A stretch of 64,000 nucleotides of DNA from Perkinsela sp. CCAP 1560/9 (GCA_965644495.1 CBFFSA010000028.1:1-64000), one strand, 5' to 3'. Shown: positions 21,331 to 34,223, counted from the stretch's first letter. The notes: generated by a model from the letters alone, not told the origin. A program made the numbers and translations.

Positions 21331-23234
21331 AAAAATATCGGAGTGTAACACTTCCTGGACTGTTTTTCTACCCACCCCTCGGCTGTGGCAGATTTGGCCA
21401 GTACAAAGCAATCAGACAAAATAAGAATTTGGTCAATCCGTACGATAAGCGTCAACAAAGTGCCGGCATTAGGGACGGTAACGCTCGAAGAAGATACCGA
21501 TGAAGATCCAGAGGACCTCGGCAATGACCTTAAACGTGACTTAGAACCTCTACCAACGATGGCTCAAATAGATCCCTCTTTTGCGGTACATGTAGTCGCC
21601 ATCTTCCGCGCCATTGTTAAAGAATATCCAAAGTCCTCGTTGGAGTCAGAGAAAACAAGAATTTGGCGTAAACTCCTCAATGCGCCAAGAGATTCTTTAG
21701 CAACAGTACGGAACAAGTTGCAAAGACGTCAGAGCTCCGCAAAAATGCGCAAAAACTTTGATGCAAAGCTTAACAGAGCCATTAAAGAATCGTTGAGTAA
21801 GGACCCGAAAATTGCACCAGTGCTGAGAGCAGCAAGTGAAAAAGGGAACTCCGCGTGGCTTCATTCGACGGCAAAGTTAGTGCCTTCCAAATTCTTCACA
21901 TTAGCTTTGATGCCACGTCTTGGTCTAAGCCACCCCCGTATTCCCGAAAGTCTGCAATGCCCAGGATGCCGCACCCTTCTGGATTCTTCATCAGCCTTTA
22001 GCTGAATACCTTGATGAGAGAGGCCATTACACGCAAGCACAGCACATACGTGGCTTCCGGGATGATACCTCAAGAGCGTTTCGTATGCCTCCCAGTCCTC
22101 TCCGGTGGTGCTATGCATCACGGGCTCCGGCACTTGTTGCATACGTTGGCTGACTGCAGTGGACTTGATAGGGTCCGAACACTGAACGAATTTTCGCTTC
22201 GCCTGCAGGAGTTAAATGGGTCGATTGTTTTCTCTCAGCTGAGAAATTATTTATCTAATGACGATTCACAAAACATGGGCCTCTAGAATTTGACTTTAAA
22301 AACAAAAACCTTGGAAACTTAAAGAAAAAAAAAAAAAAAAATAAATAAAATGAAATCCAGTTCGTGCTTTCACGTACATTAACAAAGAATATGAAAAGAT
22401 ATATTAAGAAGAAATATAACTGGAAATAGAACATAACTTTCTCAGGGGAGGCGACATCCTTGTACAAAAAAAAAAAAACAAAAAAATTTATTAAGCTTGT
22501 GAATTTTATTAAGCTTGTAAAAGAATTGCACAATGGAACTTTGAACACATGGAAGCGGGAGAACATCTTAGTGAGGCACAACGTCTGGAATTGGAAATCG
22601 ACCGTCGCTCGATAAGGAATGCACTACAAGCGGCCAAGGCGGACAACCTCAGCAAGGCAACAAGAATTCTAGACAATATATACAAAGATTCATTCCTCAA
22701 TGCTGATGAGAAGTCGAACAAGCTTAGCGACCTTCACCCCAAAGGTCCCTTACCACAAAACATCGATGGAGAATTCCCTCGAATCGGGGTAGTTGATCAA
22801 TCGGAGTTGCGTCAAGCGACGGCAAGGCTATCAAAAGGATCATCGCCAGGGCCCACAGGATTCAGTGAAAACATGATGAGACTTCTGGTAGAGGATGAGG
22901 AATCGTGTCTCGCACTCTGTCACATCACAACAATTCGTTACACTCCGTGATTGAAAGTTCTTGTGGGGTCAGACAAGGGTCCGCCCTATCCTCGCTCTAC
23001 TTTTGTGCGTTACTGCAGGGTCCTTTGAAGGAAGTCACCAGTCTTTACCCGGAGGTCAAGATAAGAGCATATCAGGACGACGTGACAATGAGTTCAACAA
23101 ATTCGACATCCCTAGCAGCAGCATTCCTCCATTTGCGAGAATCAACTCAGGATTTGAACCTAGAAATCAATTTCAACAAGTGCGAATGGTTTAAGTCTTC
23201 AAAGACACAAGAATTTGACGCTTCACCTCTACGA

Positions 23235-26200
23235 CCTACGATCTTAATTGGAGATTTTAATTCCCCTTTAACGCTGGTCAACAAAACTGCTGAAGACAAA
23301 GCAGCTGTAGCACGATTTCGCGCCTTACTTGTAGACGTTGGTTGCAAGTCTGCCCACACTCTCTCACCAAGCTCTCGAAAGTGGACTTGTAAACTTCCCA
23401 ATGGCGCTGAGAGACAATTAGATCATATTATAATTTCCAATCGATACGCGTCAGCAATACAACATCATAAAGTTTTACTTGCTCCTTTCCCAACGCAGCA
23501 CTGCTCGGTTGTCACCCGTCTCAAGATTAAGTGGAAAGCGCATGAAACACAACCTGGCAATTATTTGCCATGGTACAACCTAAAATCAGAAAATATTTGC
23601 AAGGAATTCAATAAATGTACCCAACAAGCTGTTTTCAAAGTAATCGGAGAGGGAAGACCCGACCCGTGGGAGGTTTTATCAGAGGGGATACTATATGCGG
23701 CACAGAAAACACTTCCGGATTTCGAGGCACCAAGTGACTTAAGTAAATCCAATGGGCAACGAGAAGAAACAAACAAACAAGAGGAAATATTATCACTCAG
23801 CGCCCTGTACAAATCTAGTCGAAATGCGCATACATTCAAAGGTCTTGTAGACAAGAGTCGTGAGCAAATTGAGGAAACAATTGAAGCTGAATGTGCAATT
23901 CTCCAAGAAAAACTACGGAAAAACCATTCCAGCCCTTGGAGATTCATTCGCGAAATATGCGGAATGAGGAAAACAGTTTTTAATTATGGCGCAGGTCAAT
24001 CAAACCGGAAACGACTAGCAGCCGTTAAGGACTTCTTCTCTAAAATTGCTAACCGAGGTGTTGGAGACACAAAAGTTGAATTTGATGAGGCCAAAAACTT
24101 TGAAGGAGAAATCATGGATTCACCTTTCACAGAAGATGAACTTGCATGCGCTGCGCGTAGACTTAAACGAGGAAAAGCTCCAGGACTCGACGAGATACCA
24201 GCGGAAGCGTACATATCCATACTCGAAGAAAATTCTTTACGCCATCTCCTTCTTGGAATCATCAACAAAGCCCTTGAAACGGGAAAGACGCACCATCTCT
24301 GGAAAACCGTTCTGCAAGTCCCCGTACCGAAAAAAGGTGATCTTTCCGAGCTGCGGAATTGGCGCCCAATATGTCTTGTCAACGTTATCCTCAAGCTAAT
24401 TAACGGTATGATTTTGAATCGTATTCGGCCCTCGACAGAGCGAGTTCTACGCGAAAATCAATATGGTTTCCGCCCGGAGAGGTCCACCTGTGGAGCCCAA
24501 ATTATTCTCAATGAAATCCTCACGAAATCAAGACGGAATCGAAGTCACGAAAATGTCATGATTGCTTTCATCGACTTCGCGAGTGCCTTTCCATCGCTTT
24601 CACACTCATCTATCAGGGCAGCGTTACATTCGTTCCACGTAGGACCTCGAATGACAACCCTTGCAATGTCGGCCTACGAGGGCTTAGAGGCCATTGTACG
24701 TACCCCGTTTGGGAAAACCAGCTCCTTTCCTATTACCTCGGGTATTTTGCAAGGGGATGTGCTGGCTCCGTATTTATTTATCATGGTTCTCGATCGCATC
24801 CTTCACGCGGCATTGAAAAATAAAGATGATGGACTAACGCTGAGCTCCGCCGGAACCAGAAAACGTGGATATAAATCAACACGAGTGACTGATATTGATT
24901 ACGCTGATGATTTGATCCTGTTTTCCGACTCCAAACGTTCATTAGAAAGGATGGTCGACAGCGTCGCTACTGAAGCATCCAAAGCTAATTTGAGTATAGC
25001 CGCTGGTGTCAACAAAACGGCATGGATGTCCATCTCGAAGAATGAGAATAAGGATGGCGATCTCCTTTCATCAACTTGTGGGAACATTCCGAAAGTAAAA
25101 TCGTACCGCCATCTGGGGCATGTTCAGCATGAAACCGAGCCTAAATTAACATTAACCGACAGATTACGTTTGACGTGGGCGTATTTTAGCAAACTACGAG
25201 GTATTTGGATCTCGCCTCTTCGCGTAAAGGCTAAGCTTCGAATTTTTGACACCCTTGTCTATCCCATACTAAACTACGGTACGTCATCCATGGTGATATC
25301 GGCATCGCAGGTGAGAAACGTTGAAGTACAGGTAAACAACATGAGGCGCATCGTGTGTGACGCCGTAGGAGTTGATGAGAATGGGCATTGTTATCCTATT
25401 GAATCTCTGTACCACAACACGCTACATTTCAATACAATACATCGTATTAATCGGGCGCGCCTTGTGGGTCACCAAATTAGGCACTCTGAGATCTACCGCT
25501 CTTTAGTAGGATGGGGCTCCCGGGAAAAGGCGAGATTTCCATCGCCTTCCGAAGCATGCGCACAAGACCTTGGGATTGAGATGGAAGAAATGCTTGTATA
25601 TGCCTCTGATCGCGCACACTGGGCCAAATTAATTGAAAACCTCTCAGAGAGACTCGAGCCCTCAGAGTCTTATATTGGCTACAAAAGTCCTAAATGGAAA
25701 CTAGCATACAAAAACGCTTTAAAAGAAACAGTGTGTAATAAATTAGAATTTATCGAAGAAGGGGAAACCCCTTTTCCTGTAAAACCAGAGGAAATGCATG
25801 CGTACGTGGATGCTTCTATCTCCGATGATACGGACACAAGGGTAAAGGTAGCAGTTGGATGTGTAATAGTAAACGCAGAGAAGCATGAAAGTTTTTCGTC
25901 CTCCCTATCCTACCTGGAAACCAAATCTCCTGAAAGAGCCGAAATTCACGCTGCCCTATTTGGTTTGAGTAAACTAAAAGAAGTTGAAAATGTTGTTGTA
26001 CACACAGATTCGTATTATGTGTGGAATTTTGTAAATATGCGCCGAAGGAAAGATCGACTGGTTGGTTTTGAAGGCTCGAATTCCGATCTGCTTAGTTTTC
26101 TGGATAGTTTTATTCGATCAGCGCATTGTCAGGGGAGAACCATCACCTTTATTAAGGTCCGAGGCCATTCAGGGAATAAATGGAATGAAGAAGCGGATAC

Positions 26201-26634
26201 CTTAAGTAAAAAGCTCGTTAGTTCGGAACCTATTTCTAAACGAAGAAAAAACCTGAACCGAGGAAATGAATCGGCCCACTCCGAATATGAGTGGATAGCG
26301 TGCCTTAAAACAATAGAAAAGAAAACCACGAACCCAACCCGTGAGGAGCGTCGGATGCGGCGTAAGAGAAAAGGTAAGTTACTAGACACCGCGTCTTCGC
26401 TTGCTAACGCAGAATTTGAACAAAGCGAAAAGAAACATTTCCGAACATCCAACCTGTAAACTCAGGGGTGTACTCAAAACGAAAGTAATGGAAAAATATA
26501 TCTACCAATAGGGCGCACGATGGTGTGGGAATCAAATTCTATTAGTTCTAGTTTTAGGAGCATATATTTAGTGAAGCTTGAACAGTTTCTCAACTGAAGG
26601 GTAATGCCTTCAGTGTTGTGTGTGTGTGTGTGTG
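23235..26634 (+). mobile_element. 5'-truncated ingi/L1Tc-like LINE (family I1): partial APE, RT, RNase H; (TG)n tail; 12-bp TSD
   Basis: GDFN, QLDH; QGDVLAPYLF, YADD; YVDAS, HTDS, GHSGNKWNEEAD; stop at 26459; TSD tcacctctacga at 23223-23234 and 26635-26646. Confidence 0.92.
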
Positions 26635-27498
26635 TCACCTCTACGAACGCTGGGAGTTAAAAAGTGTGAGGATTTAATCAAAGTTCTAGGGGGATACATC
26701 GGCAGAGATAAAATAGTAGAAGAGAAGCTCCTCGAGAAAATGTCAAAACACGAATGCCTGTTTCGAAGGTTGCGCATCATGGGTCCGAGCAATTTGTCAT
26801 TAGCAATTCTAAAACGATGCACAGTGCCGCGTCAAGATTACCACCTTAGAGTGCACAAACCAGTGGCAACCCTTTCATTGGCAGAAGAGTTCGACAAAGA
26901 AATTCAATCTGTCATGATGAAATGGTGCGGAGCGAACGGTGACTCCTTAAAACTTGCCACTTTGCCATGCAAGTTGGGAGGTTTAGGTATTATTTCGACT
27001 GTTGTGAAGCAACGTTACTTTTTTGAAGCCTCGCGAAAATCTATCGAAGAGCTTTTCAAACCCACTAACGCTCCGGTAGGTTGCACGGGAACTCAGACGA
27101 GTCAGAGCCTCATGAAGAGTCAGAATCAAGCATCACGCACTCAACTAAAGAAACAAATGAAAAGCGAACACGAAACACTGGCAACAAAACTGAACGAAAA
27201 TCCCAGCATTGCTCGCATCACGAAGAGGTCAAAAGAATCCAACGTGCATTTGGACTCGGCGCACAACTACGTAAACCCCTATCTTTTCAAATACACGTTA
27301 ATGATGAGACTAGGTGTCAGCATCACAAAAGCGCCGAAAGATATTGCTTGCCCTGGATGTGGAGTCATGGAAACGCCAAGCAGTATTATGTCCCACGTAG
27401 CAGGATGTTCGCGTTGTTCTGGAATGAATTGCACTCGAAAACATTCTCATATTGTTCGGTACCTGGCCGATTTATGTACGAAAGCAGGCCTTCCGTAT

Positions 27499-28758
27499 GC
27501 ACACACACACACACACACAACACTGAAGGCATTACCCTTCAGTTGAGAAACTGTTCAAGCTTCACTAAATATATGCTCCTAAAACTAGAACTAATAGAAT
27601 TTGATTCCCACACCATCGTGCGCCCTATTGGTAGATATATTTTTCCATTACTTTCGTTTTGAGTACACCCCTGAGTTTACAGGTTGGATGTTCGGAAATG
27701 TTTCTTTTCGCTTTGTTCAAATTCTGCGTTAGCAAGCAAAGACGCGGTGTCTAGTAACTTACCTTTTCTCTTACGCCGCATCCGACGCTCCTCACGGGTT
27801 GGGTTCGTGGTTTTCTTTTCTATTGTTTTAAGGCACGCTATCCACTCATATTCGGAGTGGGCCGATTCATTTCCTCGGTTCAGGTTTTTTCTTCGTTTAG
27901 AAATAGGTTCCGAACTAACGAGCTTTTTACTTAAGGTATCCGCTTCTTCATTCCATTTATTCCCACAATGGCCTCGGACCTTAATAAAGGTGATGGTTCT
28001 CCCCTGACAATGCGCTGATCGAATAAAACTATCCAGAAAACTAAGCAGATCGGAATTCGAGCCTTCAAAACCAACCAGTCGATCTTTCCTTCGGCGCATA
28101 TTTACAAAATTCCACACATAATACGAATCTGTGTGTACAACAACATTTTCAACTTCTTTTAGTTTACTCAAACCAAATAGGGCAGCGTGAATTTCGGCTC
28201 TTTCAGGAGATTTGGTTTCCAGGTAGGATAGGGAGGACGAAAAACTTTCATGCTTCTCTGCTTTTACTATTACACATCCAACTGCTACCTTTACCCTTGT
28301 GTCCGTATCATCGGAGATAGAAGCATCCACGTACGCATGCATTTCCTCTGGTTTTACAGGAAAAGGGGTTTCCCCTTCTTCGATAAATTGTAATTTATTA
28401 CACACTGTTTCTTTTAAAGCATTTTTATATGCTAGTTTCCATTTAGGACTTTTGTAGCCAATATAAGACTCTGAGGGCTCGAGTCTCTCTGAGAGGTTTT
28501 CAATTAATTTGGCCCAGTTTGCGCGATCAGAGGCATATACAAGCATTTCTTCCATCTCAATCCCAAGGTCTTGTGCGCATGCTTCGGAAGGCGATGGAAA
28601 TCTCGCCTTTTCCCGGGAGCCCCATCCTACTAAAGAGCGGTAGATCTCAGAGTGCCTAATTTGGTGACCCACAAGGCGCGCCCGATTAATACGATGTATT
28701 GTATTGAAATGTAGCGTGTTGTGGTACAGAGATTCAATAGGATAACAATGCCCATTCT
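27499..28758 (-). mobile_element. 3' fragment of ingi-like family I1 (RNase H, 3' UTR, TG tail); inverted copy of 25378-26636
   Basis: Near-identical reverse complement, with a few substitutions. Confidence 0.9.
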
Positions 28759-28763
28759 GTACA

Positions 28764-31700
28764 TTTCTGTACCTTGTTGACTTTTTCTTTACTACTACTT
28801 TAACCTCTTTTATGTCAGTTCCTTCCTCGCGGGCGGCGCAACGTACGCCGTCGGAGAATCGGCAGACCACTGCAACTGTTAGGAGCACTGGCGTACAGGA
28901 GAACAACTTGAACTTCACCGAAGAAGCGAATAGACATGAGATTGGTTCATGGGACCAGTTCAAAGCCAACGACAAACTCATTAAAGCAACCAGCAACTAC
29001 GACGAACTCAAGTACACGACCTCCATTCCACAACATATACCCCAGCACTGGGCAGAGAAATCAGAGAAAGCCGCTCTCAGCATCGAGAAAAATCCAACCG
29101 CAGATACCGGCCAACACAAAGAGTACGGCGAAGAGGATACTTTCGCGAGTGTTCAAAGAAACAAAAGCTCAGATCAAGCTCTATCAGACCCCTCCGCATT
29201 TAAAATAAAGATCAGAAAAGAAAATACCACACATAAAAACAAAAAGCAAATTCCAAAGAAAGTCAAAGTTATACTTCGCACTACCAACTCACCAGCTCAT
29301 CAGCAAGCGAAGCATGCAGAAGCAGACATGTCACAGGACGAGCAAGACTCAAGTGACTCATGCACAAGTGGACCAGACATCTCGGACGACGACATGCTGA
29401 CTTTGACCGATCTCGCAGCAAGCACATTAAAGACCCCCGATCAGGTCGTGAAAATTATAAGCCAATGGGGAAAAGGATCTACCTGCGAAGTGCATTGGAA
29501 ATTCAGACACTGCGATGAAGTCTTTCACTCTATCGGAGATGTTGTGTCACGCCATTCCCGGAAAGGCACAGTTAGGGTGAAGATATCCTACACACCGAAA
29601 AATGGTTCAGGTCCATCAGGATTTCTCTACCTACCCGCATCACACAAGATAAATATTTTTCGACTACGCGCAATAAAACTAAATCGTATCGCTACGCAAT
29701 CGACACAGTTAGATCTGGGCGAAGTACAAGATTATGACGCAGGCGGCGACCTAGAACCACTCCCCTCCTTCACCGAAATAGACCCGACATTCGCATCCCA
29801 CGTCGTAGCAATCTTTAGAGAGATCTTACGAGGATATCCCGCGCTGCATCTCGCATCAGAAAAAACCTCTGTCTGGCACAAATTTCTTAACGCACCACGT
29901 GATTCACTCGCTACTGTACGGCAAGCGATCCAGCGAAAGTACAGCAACCCGAAAACCAGATCAACACGCAAGGACGAGTTCCTCACCACACAAGATGAGA
30001 AAATAGAACGTGAGGCCGACCAACGCTCAATACGTTCCGCGCTACGGACAGCTAGAGCTAGAAACTTGATCAAAGCCACCCGCATCCTCGACAACATATA
30101 TCTAGACACGAATCTCAGCATTGACGAAAAGGTAGCAAAGCTTAAGGATCTACACCCGGAGGGAGAACGTCCTAGTCTCACGTCAGCCCAATATCCACGA
30201 ACCGGGATTATCGAAAAACACGAACTCCGAGCAGCAATTGAAAAGTTGGCCCCGGGAGCCTCCCCAGGCCCAACAGGTTTGAGCGAGGCTATGTTGCGTC
30301 TACTAGCAGATGACGAAGAATCTAGCACGGCTCTGTGTCATATGCTGCGAGACATGGTAAACGGAGACATCGCACCGTCGGTACGCGAAAGATTGACTCG
30401 ATGCCGGCTCATGGCAATCAACAAACCAGAAAATGGAATAAGACCAATCGCAATCGGAGAAACTCTGCTAAAGATATGTGGGTCTATTCTATTAAACCGA
30501 AACGAAGAAAAACTCAAGAAATTCTTTGAGCCTGAGCAACGAGGAATTCTGCAAAAGAACGCCTGCGAAGGTATTGTCCACGAACTCATCGATGAATACG
30601 ACAAGGGGCACGCCATTCTAACAGTTGACTACAAAAACGCATACAACACCCCTTCCCGTCAAGCAATATCTGAGGCACTAACTCACAACAACATCTTTAA
30701 ACCATTTATGCGCATCTTCAATTTGGAATACGGAGAGCCTTCTGACCTACTTTTCTTCACCAACAACACACTCCATACAATAGTGAAAAGTTCCTCCGGA
30801 GTTCGGCAAGGCTCTGCCCTCTCGTCTCTATATTTTTGCGCCCTCATTCAAAACTCACTCAAAGAAATCGCGGAATCGTTCCCAGACGTTACAGTGCGCG
30901 CTTACATGGACGACATAACGCTATCATCAACTAATCCCATATCCCTCCAAACGGCTTTCCTTCATTTACACGAGTCTTCAAAACTACTCGGTCTACATGT
31001 GAATTACAGCAAATGTGAATGGTTTCAGAAAGTGGATACCCCCTGTGCTCCTCAAATCCTGCAAACCATGGGAGTGGGACATCCTCAGACAGCAGTAAAA
31101 ATCTTAGGCGCATACATCGGTCAGGATAGAATGGTAAATGAATGCTTATTAAAGAAGTTCGACAAACATAAGTGCCTCTTCCGTCGCTTACGACTAATGG
31201 GACCAAGCAACCTCTCCTTAGCAATTCTGAATCGCTGCACGATCCCCCGTCAGGACTACCATCTACGAGTCCACAAACCTGACGCCACTCTCGAACTAGC
31301 ACAACGCTTTGATGCAGAGGTTACGAGTATCATTGAACTTTGGTTTAATTCGACGGGCCCATCTACAACTCTAACAACTCTACCACAGTATCTTGGGGGA
31401 CTCGGGCTCAAGCCGTCATGCTTGAAACAAAAGTACTTTTTCCTTGCCTCTCGCAAGGCCATTGAAGAGCAATCAAAATCCTACAACGCTCCGGTGGTCA
31501 CTGCGGGATCCAAGCGAATCAGAACCAAAAGCGAACACGCCAACCTGACAAACGATACATCCAAGCGAATGGCCATGAAAGCGATCCGAGCCGAGCAAAA
31601 ACGCACTGCGACCGAGCTCAAAAAGGATAAACGCCTCAGCGAACTGATGGAACGAGGATCATCATCTTTTCAACATCTACATTCAACCAGCAATTACATA

Positions 31701-32430
31701 AATCCATATCTCTTCCGATTTTGTATAATGATGCGCCTAGGAATCGTGCCCAACAATATGCCAAAAACAGTCGTGTGCCCAGGATGCCTGTCAGAACATA
31801 CGTCCGACACGATATTTCAACATATACCTGGATGCACGCAATGCTGTGGAATCAATGCGACAAAGAAACACACAAGATTAGTTCGTTTCTTAGGAGAACT
31901 GTGTGCCAAAGCAGGGTTAGCTCACGTTGTAGAGCCAAGAGTACATTCATCATTCTTCTGCACTAAATGTAAGGCAACAGTCTCTGACGAGCTCTCCGAA
32001 AATCACCCATGCAGAGCCAGGTGCATACGCTCCGGTCCCGACCTAGGCATTATGTGGTCTCATGCAGGAGAAATTCTCTACGACGTCACCGTTGTTCACA
32101 GTTGTGCCCCTAGCTACACCAAGTCCTCCACAGAACAGTTAATGCAGAATGCTCTTGACCGTAAACACAAGAAATACGTCCTGCAAGGAGGAATTCCAGA
32201 AGAAAGTTTCAGCTGCTTGGCAATGACCGAATTAGGGCAGCTACACAAAAACACGAAAACCCTTTTGTCTCTATTGGCCCAACGATCACAACAAGACGTT
32301 AAAGTCGTGAAAGAAGCCTTCCAGCTCGAGATTGAGAAGATGAATGCATATACCATTGCAACGCAACTTCGAAAGTACGTTCCATCAGCACAATGGCTTG
32401 GCGGACTAAATCATTGATCGACTCTAGTAC

Positions 32431-32470
<40 letters not shown>
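28764..32470 (+). mobile_element. Full-length lineage-2 RLE element (family 2A), copy 1, with partial SL and a (CA)n(TA)n tract after the stop
   Basis: SL remnant TTTCTGTACCTTGTTG at 28764-28779; intact ORF. The 3' boundary is approximate. Confidence 0.9.
28812..32417 (+). CDS. LsmAD-like domain - RT - Zn knuckle - RLE polyprotein (1201 aa)
   Basis: WDQF..YDE.KYTT; RPIAIGE, DYKNAYN, RQGSALS, YMDD; CPGC..HIPGC..C; RSGPD..YD..K. Confidence 0.92.
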   Translation: MSVPSSRAAQRTPSENRQTTATVRSTGVQENNLNFTEEANRHEIGSWDQFKANDKLIKATSNYDELKYTTSIPQHIPQHWAEKSEKAALSIEKNPTADTGQHKEYGEEDTFASVQRNKSSDQALSDPSAFKIKIRKENTTHKNKKQIPKKVKVILRTTNSPAHQQAKHAEADMSQDEQDSSDSCTSGPDISDDDMLTLTDLAASTLKTPDQVVKIISQWGKGSTCEVHWKFRHCDEVFHSIGDVVSRHSRKGTVRVKISYTPKNGSGPSGFLYLPASHKINIFRLRAIKLNRIATQSTQLDLGEVQDYDAGGDLEPLPSFTEIDPTFASHVVAIFREILRGYPALHLASEKTSVWHKFLNAPRDSLATVRQAIQRKYSNPKTRSTRKDEFLTTQDEKIEREADQRSIRSALRTARARNLIKATRILDNIYLDTNLSIDEKVAKLKDLHPEGERPSLTSAQYPRTGIIEKHELRAAIEKLAPGASPGPTGLSEAMLRLLADDEESSTALCHMLRDMVNGDIAPSVRERLTRCRLMAINKPENGIRPIAIGETLLKICGSILLNRNEEKLKKFFEPEQRGILQKNACEGIVHELIDEYDKGHAILTVDYKNAYNTPSRQAISEALTHNNIFKPFMRIFNLEYGEPSDLLFFTNNTLHTIVKSSSGVRQGSALSSLYFCALIQNSLKEIAESFPDVTVRAYMDDITLSSTNPISLQTAFLHLHESSKLLGLHVNYSKCEWFQKVDTPCAPQILQTMGVGHPQTAVKILGAYIGQDRMVNECLLKKFDKHKCLFRRLRLMGPSNLSLAILNRCTIPRQDYHLRVHKPDATLELAQRFDAEVTSIIELWFNSTGPSTTLTTLPQYLGGLGLKPSCLKQKYFFLASRKAIEEQSKSYNAPVVTAGSKRIRTKSEHANLTNDTSKRMAMKAIRAEQKRTATELKKDKRLSELMERGSSSFQHLHSTSNYINPYLFRFCIMMRLGIVPNNMPKTVVCPGCLSEHTSDTIFQHIPGCTQCCGINATKKHTRLVRFLGELCAKAGLAHVVEPRVHSSFFCTKCKATVSDELSENHPCRARCIRSGPDLGIMWSHAGEILYDVTVVHSCAPSYTKSSTEQLMQNALDRKHKKYVLQGGIPEESFSCLAMTELGQLHKNTKTLLSLLAQRSQQDVKVVKEAFQLEIEKMNAYTIATQLRKYVPSAQWLGGLNH

Positions 32471-32471
<1 letters not shown>

Positions 32472-34223
32472 CAGTCCGCAAGTGGTCGTAGCAATGCTCT
32501 ACTTGTTATTATTATTATTCTCATTTTATCCTAACACAAAGCTCGCTGCGACAACACTACCCACGCGACTCCATCCACTTTTCCTTCTCGTACCGCCTCT
32601 CTTCAACCTTCTCCTGATTGAAAATATGCTTTGCGAATTCCTCAAATTAAATTAAATATAATTTCATTAAAATTTTTGCCTATTGAAAATTACAATGCAT
32701 TAGGAACAATCATACACATGCCCATTTGACTAATCAAATAAATTGATTGATCTCACAGTAGTCAACGAACTTGAATTTGAGATTTTGATTCACTTTTTTT
32801 TTTATAAAGAAAATGAGTATGTTAAAAAAAAAATGAGTATGTGCCCATTCTCATCAACTCCTACGGCGTCACACACGATGCGCCTCATGTTGTTTACTTG
32901 TACTTCAACGTTTCTCACCTGCGATGCCGATATCACCATGGATGACGTACCGTAGTTTAGTATCCAATCCAATCCAAAAGACCGACATATGTCGGTTAGA
33001 ATGTTAAATGTTTTCCCCCCGAACTTATACTCCCTCGCCTTCCAATTCAGAGTTTAGTAGTGCCTACTATTTTACTTTCACACAATACTTTTCCTTTATC
33101 TTCCTGAACTCTTCCTCAGGGTATTCCGAACCTGCTGGTGGAAACACATCTTCCGCCCAACTCTTACTATGAAGGCGCCCTCTTTCCACCAGTTTTCGCA
33201 ATCTTCCCGCACAGCGTGACTTTAGCCTCGGCGCCACGCTTGGGTGCTGGATTGGTTTTCGTCTTTCCCTTTTCCAAGGTTCTATGTTTTATCAGCTTTT
33301 CCAAGGATTTGTCGATTTGTGATGCGTTGGAATCATTACTTGTTTTTCTCTTTTTCTGCTCAGGCGGTCGAGGAACTTTTCGCGCTGCAATCAGTGCTAA
33401 CCCATCTGCCTCGTCGTTCCATTTATTTCCTGAGTGACCCTTGACTTTGCACATATATATTGAGTACAAATCATGTTTTAAGGACCGTAATTTTCCGTCT
33501 AACTGGGAGAACAAATCTCCATTTAAAACTCCCTTGTAACCAACGATTCGCCGCCGATATCGAAGATTGTGAAAGAAGTCCCATAGATAGTAAGAGTCTG
33601 TATGAAACAGACAAGCGCATGGTTTTGACGGCAGTTGGAGAAGGGCATGCTGAAAAGCTAAGATCTCTACTCGCTCAATAGTGTCTGATTCCAATGGTAT
33701 GGATATCCGTGAGGGTTCGCATCGTGGTTTTAGAACTACGATACCTATGCCACTTCGAATCTCTTTCGTATTTTTCATCGGCAGAACAGAGCCATCGGTA
33801 TAGATTTGTATGGCTTTATAGGCTGGAAAAGGCACATTTGATTCTTCAACGAACTGTAATTCTGAAGGACTTTTTCGTTTTTTAGCTTTGGCAAGAGCAG
33901 TTTTCCACTTTGCTGACCCAATTTTTTCGTATTCTATGAGCGGTTCAAGTTCACGTCGCAATTTTTCTGTCAGACGATACCAGTGTTCACGGTCTGACGC
34001 AAATACCAATGCCTCTTCCAGTGTAATGTTAAGATCCTTGAAGCAAGCCTCGCTTGGAGATAAATTGCGTGCATTCGGGCGTTGTTTCCACTGTACAAGC
34101 TCTTGAAAATCACTGGAGTGCCTCAGCATGTGCCCTACGAGCTTGGCCCTCTGAACCTTGTGTATAGTAGAAAAGCGCTCAGTTTCAAGATACAGAGAAG
34201 CATTCGGGTAGCTCATTCCGTAT

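Larger units (their letters stand above)
20531..27498 (+). mobile_element. Degraded lineage-2 RLE element split by three insertions, with an internal deletion near 22925
   Basis: Pieces 20531-21111, 21417-21761, 22545-23234 and 26647-27498 are collinear with the 28812 ORF and rejoin across the duplications caatcaga, aactttga and tcacctctacga. Confidence 0.8.

Noticed and set aside
27677-28996. 439-aa and similar junction-spanning ORFs (50887..52659, 21385..22005) as genes
   Set aside because: Chance in-frame joins of unrelated element fragments.
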